This document shows, one piece after another, positions 31,640 through 57,017 of a stretch of 64,000 nucleotides of DNA. A program made the translations under genes and the position numbers. Origin of the DNA: the human T2T-CHM13v2.0 reference genome, Homo sapiens; NCBI RefSeq assembly GCF_009914755.1, contig NC_060931.1; one strand, 5' to 3'. Below the pieces are notes generated by a model. It had not been told where the DNA came from. It saw nothing but the letters and a program-made list of their open reading frames with translations, and made no database searches. Positions within the stretch are counted from its first letter, which is position 1; each line of letters opens with the position of its first letter.

Positions 31640-33560
31640 TCTTTAAAACAATTTTTTTGCTTTTATTATTTTTTTCATTGATGCATATAATTGGACATAT
31701 TTATGGGGTACAGTGATATATATATATGTTTTTGTTGTTGTTGTTGTTGTTGTTTTTTTGAGATAGAGTCTCACTGTCGCCCAGGCTGGAGTACAGTGGT
31801 GTAGTCTCGGCTCACGGCTCACTGCAGTGTCCACCTCCCTGGTTCAAGTAATTCTTGTGCCTCAGCCTCCCGAGTAATTGGGATTACCAATATGTACTAC
31901 CACACCATTTTTGTACTTTTAGTAGAGATGGAGTTTTGCCATGGCTGGTCTCGAACTCCTGAACTCAAGTGATCCGCCTGCCTCGTCCTCCCAAAGTACT
32001 GGGATTACAGGCGTGAGCCACCGCACCTGGCCCAGTGTAATATTTTGATACCTATATACAGTGTGTGATGATCAAATCAGGGTAACTAGTATCCCCTTCA
32101 CTCCAGACATGTATCATTTTTTCTTTTTGTTTTTGGGAACATTCGAAAGCCGCTCTTAGAGCTGTTTGAAAATATACAAAAATTTGTTGTTAATTATAGT
32201 CACCCTTCAGTGCTTTAGAACACTAGATCTTATTCCTCCTTCCCAGCCGAAATTTTGTATTCGTTAGTCAGCTTCTCACTATTCCTCCTCTCCCTCCCCT
32301 TCCCTGCCTCAAGTAATCACTCTTCTACTCTCTACTTCTATGAGATCAACCTTTTTATCTTCCACGAGTGATGAGGTTTTCTTCCTTTTTCTTTCCCCCT
32401 TGTGTATCTGCTCTACCTAGTGTATCGTGAGTCTGATACTTCTGTGTTTTTTCATGTTGATGGTTATCCTCCTTTAGCTTCCAGATACAGGACTCCTGGA
32501 CCATTTCTCTTAAGGCATGTCTCATAATGATGAATTCCTTCAGTTTTTGCTTATCTGGGAAAGACTTTATTTCTCCATTTTTTAAAAAAAGTTATTATTA
32601 TATATATTTTTTTAGTAGAGACGAGGTCATGCTGTGTTGCCCAGGCTGGTCTTGAACTCCTGGCCCCAAGCAATCCTCATGCCTTAGTCTCCTAGAGTGC
32701 TGGGATTATAGTCATGAGCCATCGCGCCCAACCCTCCTTCATTTCCGAAGGATATCTTTGCAGGGCATAGTGTTCTTGGCTGCCAATTTCAGTACTTTGA
32801 GTATACCATCCTATTCTCTGCTTCCCTCCTATGTGACTTAATGCTTTTCTCTGGCTGTTTTTAGAATTTTTATCTTTGTCTTTGGCTTTTGACAATTTGA
32901 CTATAATGTGCCTCTGAAATGACCTTTTGGGGTTGATTGTATTTTAAGGACCTTTGAGCTTCCTGGATCTGGATGTCTGTATCTCTCCCAAGACTTGGGA
33001 AGTTTTTAAGCTGTTCTTTCCTTAAATAGCCTTTCTCTGCCTTCTCCTAGCTCTTTTATTTCTGTAACTCCCATAATGTGTGTATTTGTTTGCACTGTAG
33101 TCTCCCATAAGCCCTGAAGCCTCCCTTCACTCCTTTTCATTCTTCTGTCTTTTTCCCTCTGACTGGGTGATTTCAAACAACCTTTCTTCAAGTTGAGAGG
33201 TTCTTCTGCTTGAGTCTGTTGTTGAAGTTCTGTATTTCTTTTTATTTCATTTATTGAATTCTTCAGCTGGGCTTACTGCCTGTGAGGACCCCAGGCGACC
33301 CCAGTGTGAGGACTGTAGTGTCCACGGTGAGCAGTGTGAGGATGTAGGGGTCCACAGTGAGATCCTCTTACTTGCCCTTACCTGGAAGAGAAAGTTGCTC
33401 CTGGTTCCTGGCTGCGCCTGCCAGGGATGGGGTGGTGGAGGCCAGGCGTTTCCTTCCGCTCTCGCTGTGGCTGTCCTGAATCTCCTGAGTACCTGTTACT
33501 CCTTTGATGGGCTCTGGTGCTCTCCTTTAGTGATTTTTGTCAAAATGTAGTTGCTTCTTT
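31640..33560 (-). mobile_element. L1 fragments with nested Alus (~31725-32032, ~32595-32732)
   Basis: L1 3' end rc (ggacatatttatggggtacagtg) and ORF1-like remnants (ORF 32692..32895 - KAKDKDK). Confidence 0.7.
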
Positions 33561-34365
33561 GTTGTTTGGGGCGTGTCGTGGAGGGTTAGCTGGACATCAG
33601 AATCACTGGGGAACTTTTTAAAACGTGAGTTTTCTAGGCCACACCTGGATCTACCAACTAAGCATCCTTTAGGGGTGGATCTGACCTAGCAGTGTGTGTG
33701 TTCACGGCTTCCCAGAGGACACAGATGAGAGTCACGTTCGGGAACATTGCAGTAAATAGACACAAATGCGGGATGGAGGCAGTGCGTGGTGGGGAGGAAA
33801 TGCAGAGACCTCGTGGAGGAAATGAGAGGCAGCTCCTCTGACCCAGGAAGCCAGCAGAGGCTGTTTCCATAGGGACAGAGCACCGCAGTGTGAGAGAGGA
33901 TTGGGCTGGGACTGAGAAGGGCGTTCCTGCTGTGGTGAGGCAGCCCTCAGGGTCTCTCCTGGCACACAGCTGCCAGCGTGATGGGGGATCCCTTCAGAAT
34001 AGCAGCAAAACCCACGATACTGAGGAGTAACTCAAACCAAACTTGTGGGTCTCACAGAGAGGATATCGTCTTGCCCATGTAAAGATTCCTTTTAGATGGT
34101 TTCTGGTGTTTACTAATGTTGTTAATAGGTGTATTTTTCTACCAAAAAAAAAAAATCAGAATTCAGGGTATTTATCTTGTTTCCAGCAATTCTGCCAAAT
34201 TTTTAGAACATTCTGATGGTCTTTCCAATAATTTATTGAGTACTTAAAAGTTGATAGTCATCTCATCCACATAATTACACCTATTATCTCTGTTTTGTAC
34301 TTTTTTCATTGGCCAAAACTTCTAGGGTGGTATTCAGTAGCAAATAGGAGGCATGGTCTTCCTCA

Positions 34366-34740
<375 letters not shown>

Positions 34741-34863
34741 TCCTATTAATAATCTTTTCAATACACACCTTGTCCTTAAAATTACTGGCTATGTAACAAG
34801 TATGAGTGTTAAAAATTTGACATCTAAAGGGAGAGAGAAACAGCCATTTTCTTTTTCCAACAG

Positions 34864-35013
34864 GTCTCTGGGTGTGACACTTTGGGAGCTTTTTGACAAT
34901 GCCGCACAGCCGTATTCAAACCTTTCCAACTTAGATGTCCTCAACCAAGTCATTAGAGAGAGAGACACAAAACTCCCGAAGCCCCAGCTGGAGCAGCCCT
35001 ACTCTGATAGATG
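34864..35013 (+). CDS. LMTK2: LMTK2 exon 10 ([17 protein letters not shown]...PYSDR)
   Basis: ttttccaacag acceptor, gttggt donor, 150 bp, phase 2 to 2. Confidence 0.97.
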
Positions 35014-35234
35014 GTTGGTAGCCTCACATTCCGCCTGTTCTGTTTCGTCTTCACTGTGAGGTGTCCCCAAAACACAAAAAAATTCGTGGGCCAAATATTA
35101 TGTTTCTTCATTTCCTCTTTCACCATGATGTCACCATGAGCTGAACTACTTAATGTGGTTGGCAGTGATGAAGGTGTAGAAATGTTTCGGGTGTTGAGTT
35201 GGCTTTAGGGTCCTTGTAAATTCTTTTCATATTG

Positions 35235-38709
<3,475 letters not shown>

Positions 38710-38994
38710 GTATCTGTTCCCTCTAAATCATTTTCTATACACATCCATATAAGGATTCCAAAATGTGCTAGGAAATTGAGTGTGGTCTGTTTTCTAGTTG
38801 CCATTTTGAGGCAGCAGATTGTGATTACTCACAAAAAGTAATTTGGGGTTGGTTAGAGTTCTAAGAATATGCAGAAATGTCATTTGCTCAGGGAGTTCGT
38901 ATTAAATTAAGAGAAAGAGACCCGAATGCTCTTCCTGGGTCTTCTAATGGAGTCTTCCTGAATTAGTCACCCTTTACACACCAAATTTTTACTG

Positions 38995-39320
38995 TTTTAC
39001 TTTTTTATTTTTCTTTTGAGACAGCCTTGCTCTGTGGCCCAGGCTGGAATGCAGTGGTACAGTTGCAGCTCACTGCAGCCTTGAACTCCTGGGCTCAAGT
39101 GATCCTCCCACCTTCCATAATAGCTGGGCCCACAGGTTCATGCCACCATGGCTGGCTAAGGTTTTGGTGTTTTTTTTGTTTTGTTTTGTTTTTAATTTTT
39201 GTAGACACACGGTCTTGCTATGTTGCCTAGGCTGCTCTCAAACTCCTGGGCTCAAGCCATCCTCCCACCTCAGCCTCTCAAAGTTTTGGGATTACAGGCA
39301 TGAGCCACTGCGCTTGGCCT
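38995..39320 (-). mobile_element. AluJ
   Basis: Antisense dimer. Confidence 0.85.
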
Positions 39321-39956
39321 CCAATTTTTAGAGCCTGACAATTGGCAGTAGGACCCACCACTTGGGTACAAGCCTGGAACCATGGCTGGCGTGCAGCCCT
39401 GGAGACAGCTCAGGAGAGGGGCCAACCAGAAGCCCTGCGGTGGGTGTCTGGAGGGTGTGACACACAGCAGGAGCGTCTGTGGTCCTTCTGCTCTGTCCCC
39501 TGACCTGTCCTCTTTCCCTGCTTTGGAGCAGGCAGCTTAGTGTGCACTGCTGAGTGGGCATGGATTTAGGCTCCTTTAAAAATGTAACAGCGGATAATTC
39601 AAGCATGCTTTAAAAAAAAAAAAAAAGTTCTTTTCATACTAGTCTTTGTAGCCCTTGAATTTGCTGCTTGCATCAGCTGGATTGTTGGGAGAGCTCAGTG
39701 GTGGGACATGAAAATGGGGTCCCCTCACCTTCTAGAAGGCGCAGGAGTCCTCGCCGTCTCCTTCACATTGCTTGCCCTCCCTTTTGCTCCATTCTGGGAA
39801 CCCAGACCTTGGTCTCAGCCCCTGCGTGGCACCATCCCTCATGGGTCCGTGGCTATGGCGGGTCCAAGCACTGTTCCACCTCCTCCCCCAGGAGCTGCGT
39901 CTGTTGAACGTCACTTTATGCCTTGTTCCTCTGTGTTCTGTTCACTTTGGTTTTTA

Positions 39957-40522
<566 letters not shown>

Positions 40523-41707
40523 TCACCTGGCCCCTCGGGTTTGTGTTTTGTTTTCAATGCATCCACATAGCCCTTTCTCCACCGTCTCTGTGAACTTGGA
40601 TTATCGCTGCATTTCTCCATGGATGGGGTAATGTATAGGTGGGACGGAACTGTCAACTGTGCTCGGTGAGCAGTGCGGTTAGGAGCTAGGGAGCACGCTG
40701 TCCCCACTTCCTGAAAGCCTGGGGGTAGCTGGAGTAGTGAGAGGGACGCAGTCCCAGTGGAAGCAGCCTGTGGAGAAAACTCCCTGGGGCCGCAGAGTAT
40801 GGGCCCCTTGCACAAGTCTTTGTGGAGGATGTTATGTTTTTCTGACTTTAGAAGACAGAATTGCAAAAGATGAAGATCTGTGACAAGGGCACTCTAGTTA
40901 TGGGATGGAAGGTACAGAGATCAAATACCAGACATGCTTAATGGACGCGAGGCTTTGACAAGGAAGTTAGTGTCAAGGAGAAAGTCGGAAGGTGGGTCAG
41001 GGCCAGAAGAAAATGAGGAAGATCTTTCTGATGATCTGAAATTCGTTTGCTTATGCGTCTCATGCAGCATGCCTTGAAGCGACAGCCACCAAGCGTTCAG
41101 GCCGAGGACTGAGGGTTTCCTCCCACTCCTGCTTTCTTTTTTAATGAGCTGGTTTTGAAGTTGTATAGTTTTTAAGCAGTTGAAGTATCTTGGCTCCAAA
41201 CTTTTAACTGAGTGTTCATGGGATTGGGCAGCAATTGTTTCTTGGTTATATTACTATTTGTCAGTTCAGCAAATACTTAACCAGCACTTACCGTGTAAAG
41301 TAGTAAAGGCTGGTGAACAGTCTGTGGGTGCCAGCACCTTTATTATACATTGAGTCTTGTTTTGCTTCCCCATGTGGGGGTGGTTGTCACCATCTTCATG
41401 GAGAGGACCCTGAGGCTCAGAGTAGGTAAACTTTGCACAGGGTCTGGCCCCAGTGAGTAGCAGTGCTAGGGCTTGACCCAAGTCTCCTGGACCGAGCACA
41501 GAACTTTTCACCACTGAGCCCTGCCACCTCTTGCATGCACCTTTACAATCTGCAGCCTGGCATCGCATTCGACTTTTAGCACTTGCGATGTCCTTCCTCA
41601 GTGCACAGTGTTCTTGAGACAAAAGTAGCGGGTAATGATGCTTACTTGCAATTAGTGCGACAGGGTTCCCTCCAGCCTGATCCGTCATACTGTAAACAAG
41701 CACTGAA

Positions 41708-41980
41708 GGCTGGGCACAGTAGCTCATTCCCATAATCCTAACATTTTGGAAAGCTGAGGCAGGAGGATCGCTTAAGGCCAGGAGGTGAGACTGGTCTAGG
41801 CAGCATAATAAGAACCGATTTTTAAAAAATTGGCCAGTTGTGGTGGCCCGCACCTATAGTCTCACCTGCTCAGGAGGCTGAGGCAGGAGGATCGCTTAAA
41901 CCCAGGAGTTTGAGAGTGCAGTGAGCTATGATTGTGTCACTGCACTGCAGCCGGGGTGGCAGAGTGAGACCCTGTCTGAG
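41708..41980 (+). mobile_element. AluJ
   Basis: Degenerate dimer. Confidence 0.75.
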
Positions 41981-42059
41981 AGGCTCCTGCTCTCCAGCTT
42001 TGAGGAATAAACATTCAGGGCTCCACCTAGGTTTTTTTGGTTGGTTTGGGTTTTGTTTG

Positions 42060-47560
<5,501 letters not shown>

Positions 47561-47715
47561 TGTCTGTCCGTCCTCCCAGGCCTGGAGCCGCCCTTGTCTT
47601 GAGACGCTTACTTCTCAGTCGATGAGTCTGATGCGCCTGCCAGTGGGGAAGCGGTCACACGGGGGGTTCCCGTGAGCAGGCCTTTGCTGACAGGAGTTTC
47701 TGTTTGACTTTTCAG

Positions 47716-47848
47716 GAGACCCCAACCAAAGAGCTGGGGCCCTGTGGAGGAGAGGCGTGCGGCCCGGACCTGAGCGGCCCAGCCCCAGCCTCAGGCTCTC
47801 CCTACCTGAGCAGGTGCATCAACTCCGAAAGCTCCACCGACGAAGAAG
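47716..47848 (+). CDS. LMTK2: LMTK2 exon 12 ([10 protein letters not shown]...SSTDEE)
   Basis: ttttcag acceptor, gtattt donor, 133 bp. Confidence 0.96.
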
Positions 47849-48085
47849 GTATTTCACGTCATTGTCTAGTTTTAAAGGAAACTGAAAAATTGAGTAATGT
47901 AAAGGTTTTTTGAGGGTAACTTCCCATGTTGCTTTAATGACGCCCCCTGACATGGGCACAGAACTGCCATCTGCCAGCCGGGCCGGGCTGTGTCTTCCGA
48001 CCTGCAGGGCGCACCTGCCCAGAGGCTCCCCCTCTCCCTCATCACGCAGTGATAAAAAGGGTGGGGTTTTATTTTTTATTTCTAG

Positions 48086-48328
48086 GTGGTGGCTTTGAGT
48101 GGGATGATGACTTCTCCCCAGATCCTTTTATGTCAAAGACAACAAGTAACCTGCTCAGCTCCAAGCCTTCTCTCCAAACATCCAAGTACTTTTCTCCGCC
48201 GCCACCGGCCCGGAGCACGGAGCAGAGCTGGCCGCACTCGGCGCCTTACTCCCGGTTCTCCATCTCTCCCGCCAACATTGCCAGCTTTTCCCTCACACAC
48301 CTGACCGACTCGGACATCGAGCAGGGCG
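48086..48328 (+). CDS. LMTK2: LMTK2 exon 13 ([12 protein letters not shown]...SRFSISP...DSDIEQG)
   Basis: tttctag acceptor, gtgaga donor, 243 bp. Confidence 0.96.
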
Positions 48329-48481
48329 GTGAGAGGCGCTGCGTGCTGGGGATTGGGAGTGCAGGGTCGGGGGTGGGGCGCTGCAGCTGGGAGATGGTGG
48401 TTTTGCAGGCCTGATAATCTCATGTCTTCTTCACATTTGCTGAGTAGATTACAAACTTGTTTTTATAAAACTCCCATCATC

Positions 48482-48785
48482 AGCTGGGTGCAGTGACTCC
48501 TGCCTGTAATCCCAGCTACTCAGGAGGCTGAGGTGGGAGGATCAGTTGAGCCTGGGAGTGTGAGACCAGCCTGGGCAACATAGTGAGACCCCATCTCTAA
48601 AAAAAATAAAAACTAAAAAATTAGCTGGATGTGGTGGTGTGCACCTGCACTTCAGCTACTCAGGAGGCTGAGGTGGGAGGAATGCTTGAGCCCAGGAGTT
48701 CAAGGCTACAGTGACCTATGATTGTGCCACTGCCCTCCAGCATGGGTGACAGAGCAAGACCCTGCCTCTAAAATAAATAAATAAA
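48482..48785 (+). mobile_element. AluJ
   Basis: Full dimer, (TAAA)n tail. Confidence 0.85.
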
Positions 48786-49605
48786 ACTGCCAGCATCCTG
48801 AGTGTGCTCTCGGGGCCATGCCCCCTGCCTGTTGTGGTCACTCTCAGGCTCGTTACCGGCCACCCTGTGGGGCCAGGCTGAGGCAGAGGGGCTCTGGGTC
48901 CCAGGAACGCCCAGGCTGCGCGCCATCTCCTCTTTTTCTCCTGTGGCTGCATAGTCCCTCCTCCGCACTCTGTCTCCTCCTTTCCCAGAGAGAACCTGCT
49001 CTTCAGCAGGCTCGTAAGAGCACTTGACCCCTGGACTTGGGACCAGCCCACATGCCCTCTGGTGCTGCCCCTGGAATGTTGGTTTTGCTGCTGAGTCTTG
49101 GTCCTGGTGTGGCTCCCGAGGGCGGGGTGGGGTGAATGGGCAGGGGCCATTTGAAGTCGAGGTATCTGAACATAGGGAGCCTTCTTTCCCCGTCACTAGA
49201 TTGAAAGATAAAGGTTAATAGGCTCATTTTTTGATTGGAAGTTTACAGATCAAATAATAAATATGGAATACAAAGAGGCTTTATTTCCCTCGGCGCTAGG
49301 CTTCATTTGTGCCGATTAGATAACACCTGCTATCTGCCAGTCTGTCGGGGCAGATGTGTGGATCCCAGCTGACTTCTTCTGCACCCTGACCCTTAGCGCC
49401 CAGCGGGCATTTGAGCCTAGCAGATGTGGGAGAGTCAGGCAGGGGCTGCTTCCGAAGGAAAGGACAGGAAGGGCGGCTCAGGCGGTGCTGGGCTCAAAAC
49501 ACCCGCTTCCGTTCCTGTGGTGCAGCGCACATGCCATCCACGCCATGCCTGTCTGATCATTTTAAAAACCCAGCTTTGTCGTCTCGCTTCCTCTCTCCTC
49601 AACAG

Positions 49606-49634
49606 GAAGCAGCGAAGACGGAGAAAAGGACTAG
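49606..49634 (+). CDS. LMTK2: LMTK2 exon 14 coding part (SSEDGEKD*)
   Basis: ctcctcaacag acceptor; phase 1; TAG at 49632-49634. Confidence 0.95.
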
Positions 49635-53775
<4,141 letters not shown>

Positions 53776-54322
53776 CTGTTGGCCGCGTTTCTTCTGTGTT
53801 TTGTCCACCGTGCAAGGGCCACCTGGGTGGGTGGCCTGGCCCTGCCCTGCTGTGAGCGCCCGCAGCCTGTGTTCCAGGCCCCTGCCCTGGTCCCTCTGGA
53901 GCTTGTGTGACAGACCTAAACTCCCCGCACTCCTGAGGACATAAAGCTTTGTATAACCACTGGAAAACCAAACCTGTTTAGTGTTCCTGCCACCTTGAAG
54001 CATGTCTATAAACCATGCCTTTGCACTCATGAATTTCGGAAGCATTTTCATTTCCAAGGACCTCATTTGGCCCAGCCTCAAATGAGCTTTAGGCCAAGAG
54101 AAGAACTAACTAACCTTGGCTCCAAGCTAGCCTTTCTGTGCCCGCCCCCCGCCCCACTATGGCCCCTCTGAGTTCCCACCCAGAGGTACTGAGACAGAGC
54201 GGCGAGACCCATGAGTGTGGAGCCCAGGCCTGCCAGCCAGCGTGACACTCACCGCACCCCCAGCAGCGTGCAGTCACCGCACCCCTAGCAGCCCCGAATA
54301 GTCCCTGAGCAAGATGCTGCTT

Positions 54323-54635
54323 TGGCTGGGCGTGGTGGCTCACGCATGTAATCCCAGCACTTTGGGATGCCGAGGCGGGTGGATCACTTGAGGTCAGGAG
54401 TTGAAGACCAGCCTGGCCAACGTGGAGAAACCCCGTCTCTACTAAAAATACAAAAATTAGCCGGGCGTGGTGGTGCATGCCTGTAATCCCAGCTACTCGG
54501 GAGGCTGAGGCAGGAGAATCGCTTGAACCCGGGAGGCGGAGGTTGCCGTGAGCCGAGATCATCTCGCTCCATTGCACGCCAGCCTGGGCAGCAAGAGCGA
54601 AACTCCGTCTCAAAAACAAACAAACAAACAAAACA
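54323..54635 (+). mobile_element. AluSp-like
   Basis: caacgtggagaaacccc, ctccattgcac, agcaagagcgaaactcc. Confidence 0.85.
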
Positions 54636-54959
54636 GGCGTTCCCAAGGACTGCACACCTGCCCAAGGAGCCCCCCACCCCCACCCCAACTCGGGCTCCGC
54701 CCCCAGCCCGTAGGAGCCCCAGGTTCCCCTAAACATCCCGGGCGGCGGGGCGGGGGATCCCCTGGGAGATGCCCGCGTTTTCGCGGAGCGGCTCGTCCCG
54801 GAGTGCTCCTGGGACTTGGGATCTGTGTGCTGAGCCTGAATCGGGGCTGCCCCTCCTTCCGGCGGCTCCCAGAGACCTGTTTCCCATTGGCGGAATGGGC
54901 CCGGGCCCCGCCACGAGTGGAGAGGCCGGGCAAGGAGGATCGCGGGAGGCATGGATGCG

Positions 54960-55400
54960 GGGGTGCTGTGTCGGGGAGGGTCGGGGAAAGCGGGCGGGGG
55001 GAGGCTGTCTCGGGCACGGATATGGGGTAGGCGGGTGGGAAAGGCGCGAGTGGAAATTGAGGGGGAGGATGGGGAAAAGCAGGTTGTGGGGAGGCTGTCG
55101 GGGGACGGGAGTAGGGGAGGTGGGGACGCAGGCTGTCTTGGGGGGGCTGTAGCGGGAGAATGGGGAGAGACGAATGGGGGGAAGCTATCTCGGGGCGGTT
55201 GGGGGGCTGTCGGGGGAGGATGGGGAGAAGCGTGTGGGGGAGGCTGTCTGGGGGAACGAGGGTCGGGGGCTGTCGGGGGATGGTGGGGAGAGGCGGGCGG
55301 GGGTGGCTGTCTTGGGGGACGAGGGTGGGGGGCAGTAGGGGGAGGATGGGGAGAGGCGGGCGGGGGAGGTTTTCTATCTTGGGGGCGGGGCGGAAGCTGG
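54960..55400 (+). repeat. G-rich degenerate minisatellite, 60-63 bp unit
   Basis: ggggctgt unit starts at ~55143, 55203, 55266, 55329; 21-aa periodicity in the antisense ORF. Confidence 0.85.
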
Positions 55401-55600
55401 GGGCGGGGCTGCGCGGCCACCTGGTCCCGGAGCCCCAGGCGCCGGCCTCCCGCCCGCCCGCCCGCAGGTGCCGCCACTGCTGCCCAGCGCCCGCCGGGAC
55501 ACCCGGACCCCGGCCCCGCCCCGGCCCCGCCCCGAGGGCTCATTTGCATGCGTCCGCGGCCCCTCCCGGGGCGGCTAAAGCGACGTGTCCTTGTCCCCCG
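55400..55600 (+). promoter_or_regulatory. BHLHA15: BHLHA15 CpG-island promoter: tandem GC boxes, octamer ATTTGCAT (55542-55549), ACGT-core XBP1-like site (55582-55587)
   Basis: Motifs read directly; located upstream of the exon 1 donor. Confidence 0.7.
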
Positions 55601-55636
55601 TGGGCAGCCTCGGCGCGTGTGGCCGCGGATCCCCAG
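55590..55636 (+). other. BHLHA15: BHLHA15 non-coding exon 1 (start approximate)
   Basis: Strong donor CAG|gtaacc at 55636/7; partner acceptor gatttcag| at 56393/4. Confidence 0.65.
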
Positions 55637-55850
55637 GTAACCCGGGAGCTGGGAACTCGGGTGGGGCCGCGGGGAGGGGACCCAGGGGCAGGACCTGGCG
55701 GTGGGGTTGTGGGGGTTGTGGGGGCTGTGGGGAAACCCGGGTGGGGGACTTCTGGTCTGTCTGGAGGCTCCACGGGGCCCATCCACGTGGTGGGATTGGG
55801 GGCTGCCGCCAGGCCCTGGCCATTGCCGACCTCTGACCTCCACGGCTGCC

Positions 55851-55918
55851 CCATGTCCGCAGCGGTTCTGGCCCCAGTGCTGTCCCATGTCCGCAGCGGT
55901 TCTGGCCCCAGTGCTGTC
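55851..55918 (+). repeat. Perfect 34-bp tandem duplication in BHLHA15 intron 1
   Basis: ccatgtccgcagcggttctggccccagtgctgtc x2. Confidence 0.95.
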
Positions 55919-56447
55919 CCTGCACGTGTCACGTCCAGCGGGGCAGGACAGTGAGAGCCTGGTGGCTGGAGTCACTGCCCGCCCACGGGATGAAGTCAGT
56001 GCCGCCTCCGGCAGAGGCGCCCCCTAAGCTAGGGTGGGGGACGCATTCTAGGCAAAGTGTCAAAGGTCACCGAGCTCAGGAGGCACTCTGGGGGCAGTGA
56101 GGGGCATGAGCCAGAGGAAGATCTAGGGGTCAGGATGAGTCATCCTGGGGGAAGGGGGACGCAGGGACAGGGACAGATTCCAGAGGTCTGTTTGAGGTAA
56201 AGCAAGGGCGTGGGTGTGTGTGGGGTCAGCCCAGGGCTAAGCGTGTGAACAGAAGGACCTCCAGTCGCAGAGCGCCAACCCCTGCCCCTGGTACCATTGC
56301 TGTCAGCAAGGAGGAGGCTGCCAGGGACGGCACCCCAGCGGGTCCCCTGCCCATGTGGGGTGACCACAGAGTGTCCTGTGTTCTGGATTTCAGCTCCAAG
56401 GGCCTCACCTTCCTGCCGCCACCTCCTAGGACAGCCAGTCCAGGGCC

Positions 56448-57017
56448 ATGAAGACCAAGAACCGGCCCCCACGGCGCCGGGCCCCGGTGCAGGACACAGA
56501 GGCCACCCCCGGGGAGGGGACGCCCGACGGGTCCCTGCCGAACCCGGGGCCAGAGCCGGCCAAGGGTCTGCGGAGCCGGCCGGCCCGGGCCGCAGCAAGG
56601 GCTCCGGGCGAGGGCAGGCGCAGGCGGCCAGGACCCTCCGGGCCCGGTGGCCGTCGTGACAGCAGCATCCAGCGGCGGCTGGAGAGCAACGAGAGGGAGC
56701 GGCAGCGGATGCACAAGCTAAATAACGCCTTCCAGGCCCTGCGTGAAGTCATCCCCCACGTGCGCGCGGACAAGAAGCTCTCCAAGATCGAGACGCTCAC
56801 GCTGGCCAAGAACTACATCAAATCGCTGACGGCCACCATCCTGACCATGTCCAGCAGCCGCCTCCCAGGCCTGGAGGGGCCGGGCCCCAAGCTCTACCAG
56901 CACTACCAGCAGCAGCAGCAGGTGGCTGGGGGTGCGTTGGGGGCCACGGAGGCCCAGCCCCAGGGCCACCTGCAGAGGTACTCCACGCAGATCCACAGCT
57001 TCCGAGAGGGCACCTAG
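56448..57017 (+). CDS. BHLHA15: Class A bHLH transcription factor MIST1, 189 aa
   Basis: gccATG context; b[31 protein letters not shown]...[18 protein letters not shown]. Confidence 0.98.
   Translation: MKTKNRPPRRRAPVQDTEATPGEGTPDGSLPNPGPEPAKGLRSRPARAAARAPGEGRRRRPGPSGPGGRRDSSIQRRLESNERERQRMHKLNNAFQALREVIPHVRADKKLSKIETLTLAKNYIKSLTATILTMSSSRLPGLEGPGPKLYQHYQQQQQVAGGALGATEAQPQGHLQRYSTQIHSFREGT

Noticed and set aside
38710-38720. Donor gtatctgtt as a U12-type splice site
   Set aside because: Deviates from GTATCCTT, and the partner acceptor at 47715 has no U12 branch motif
54110-55975. 621-aa minus-strand ORF with proline-rich 21-aa repeats, and overlapping + ORFs of 229 and 264 aa
   Set aside because: Product of a GC-rich CpG island, the G-rich minisatellite and an antisense Alu; no domain, low complexity
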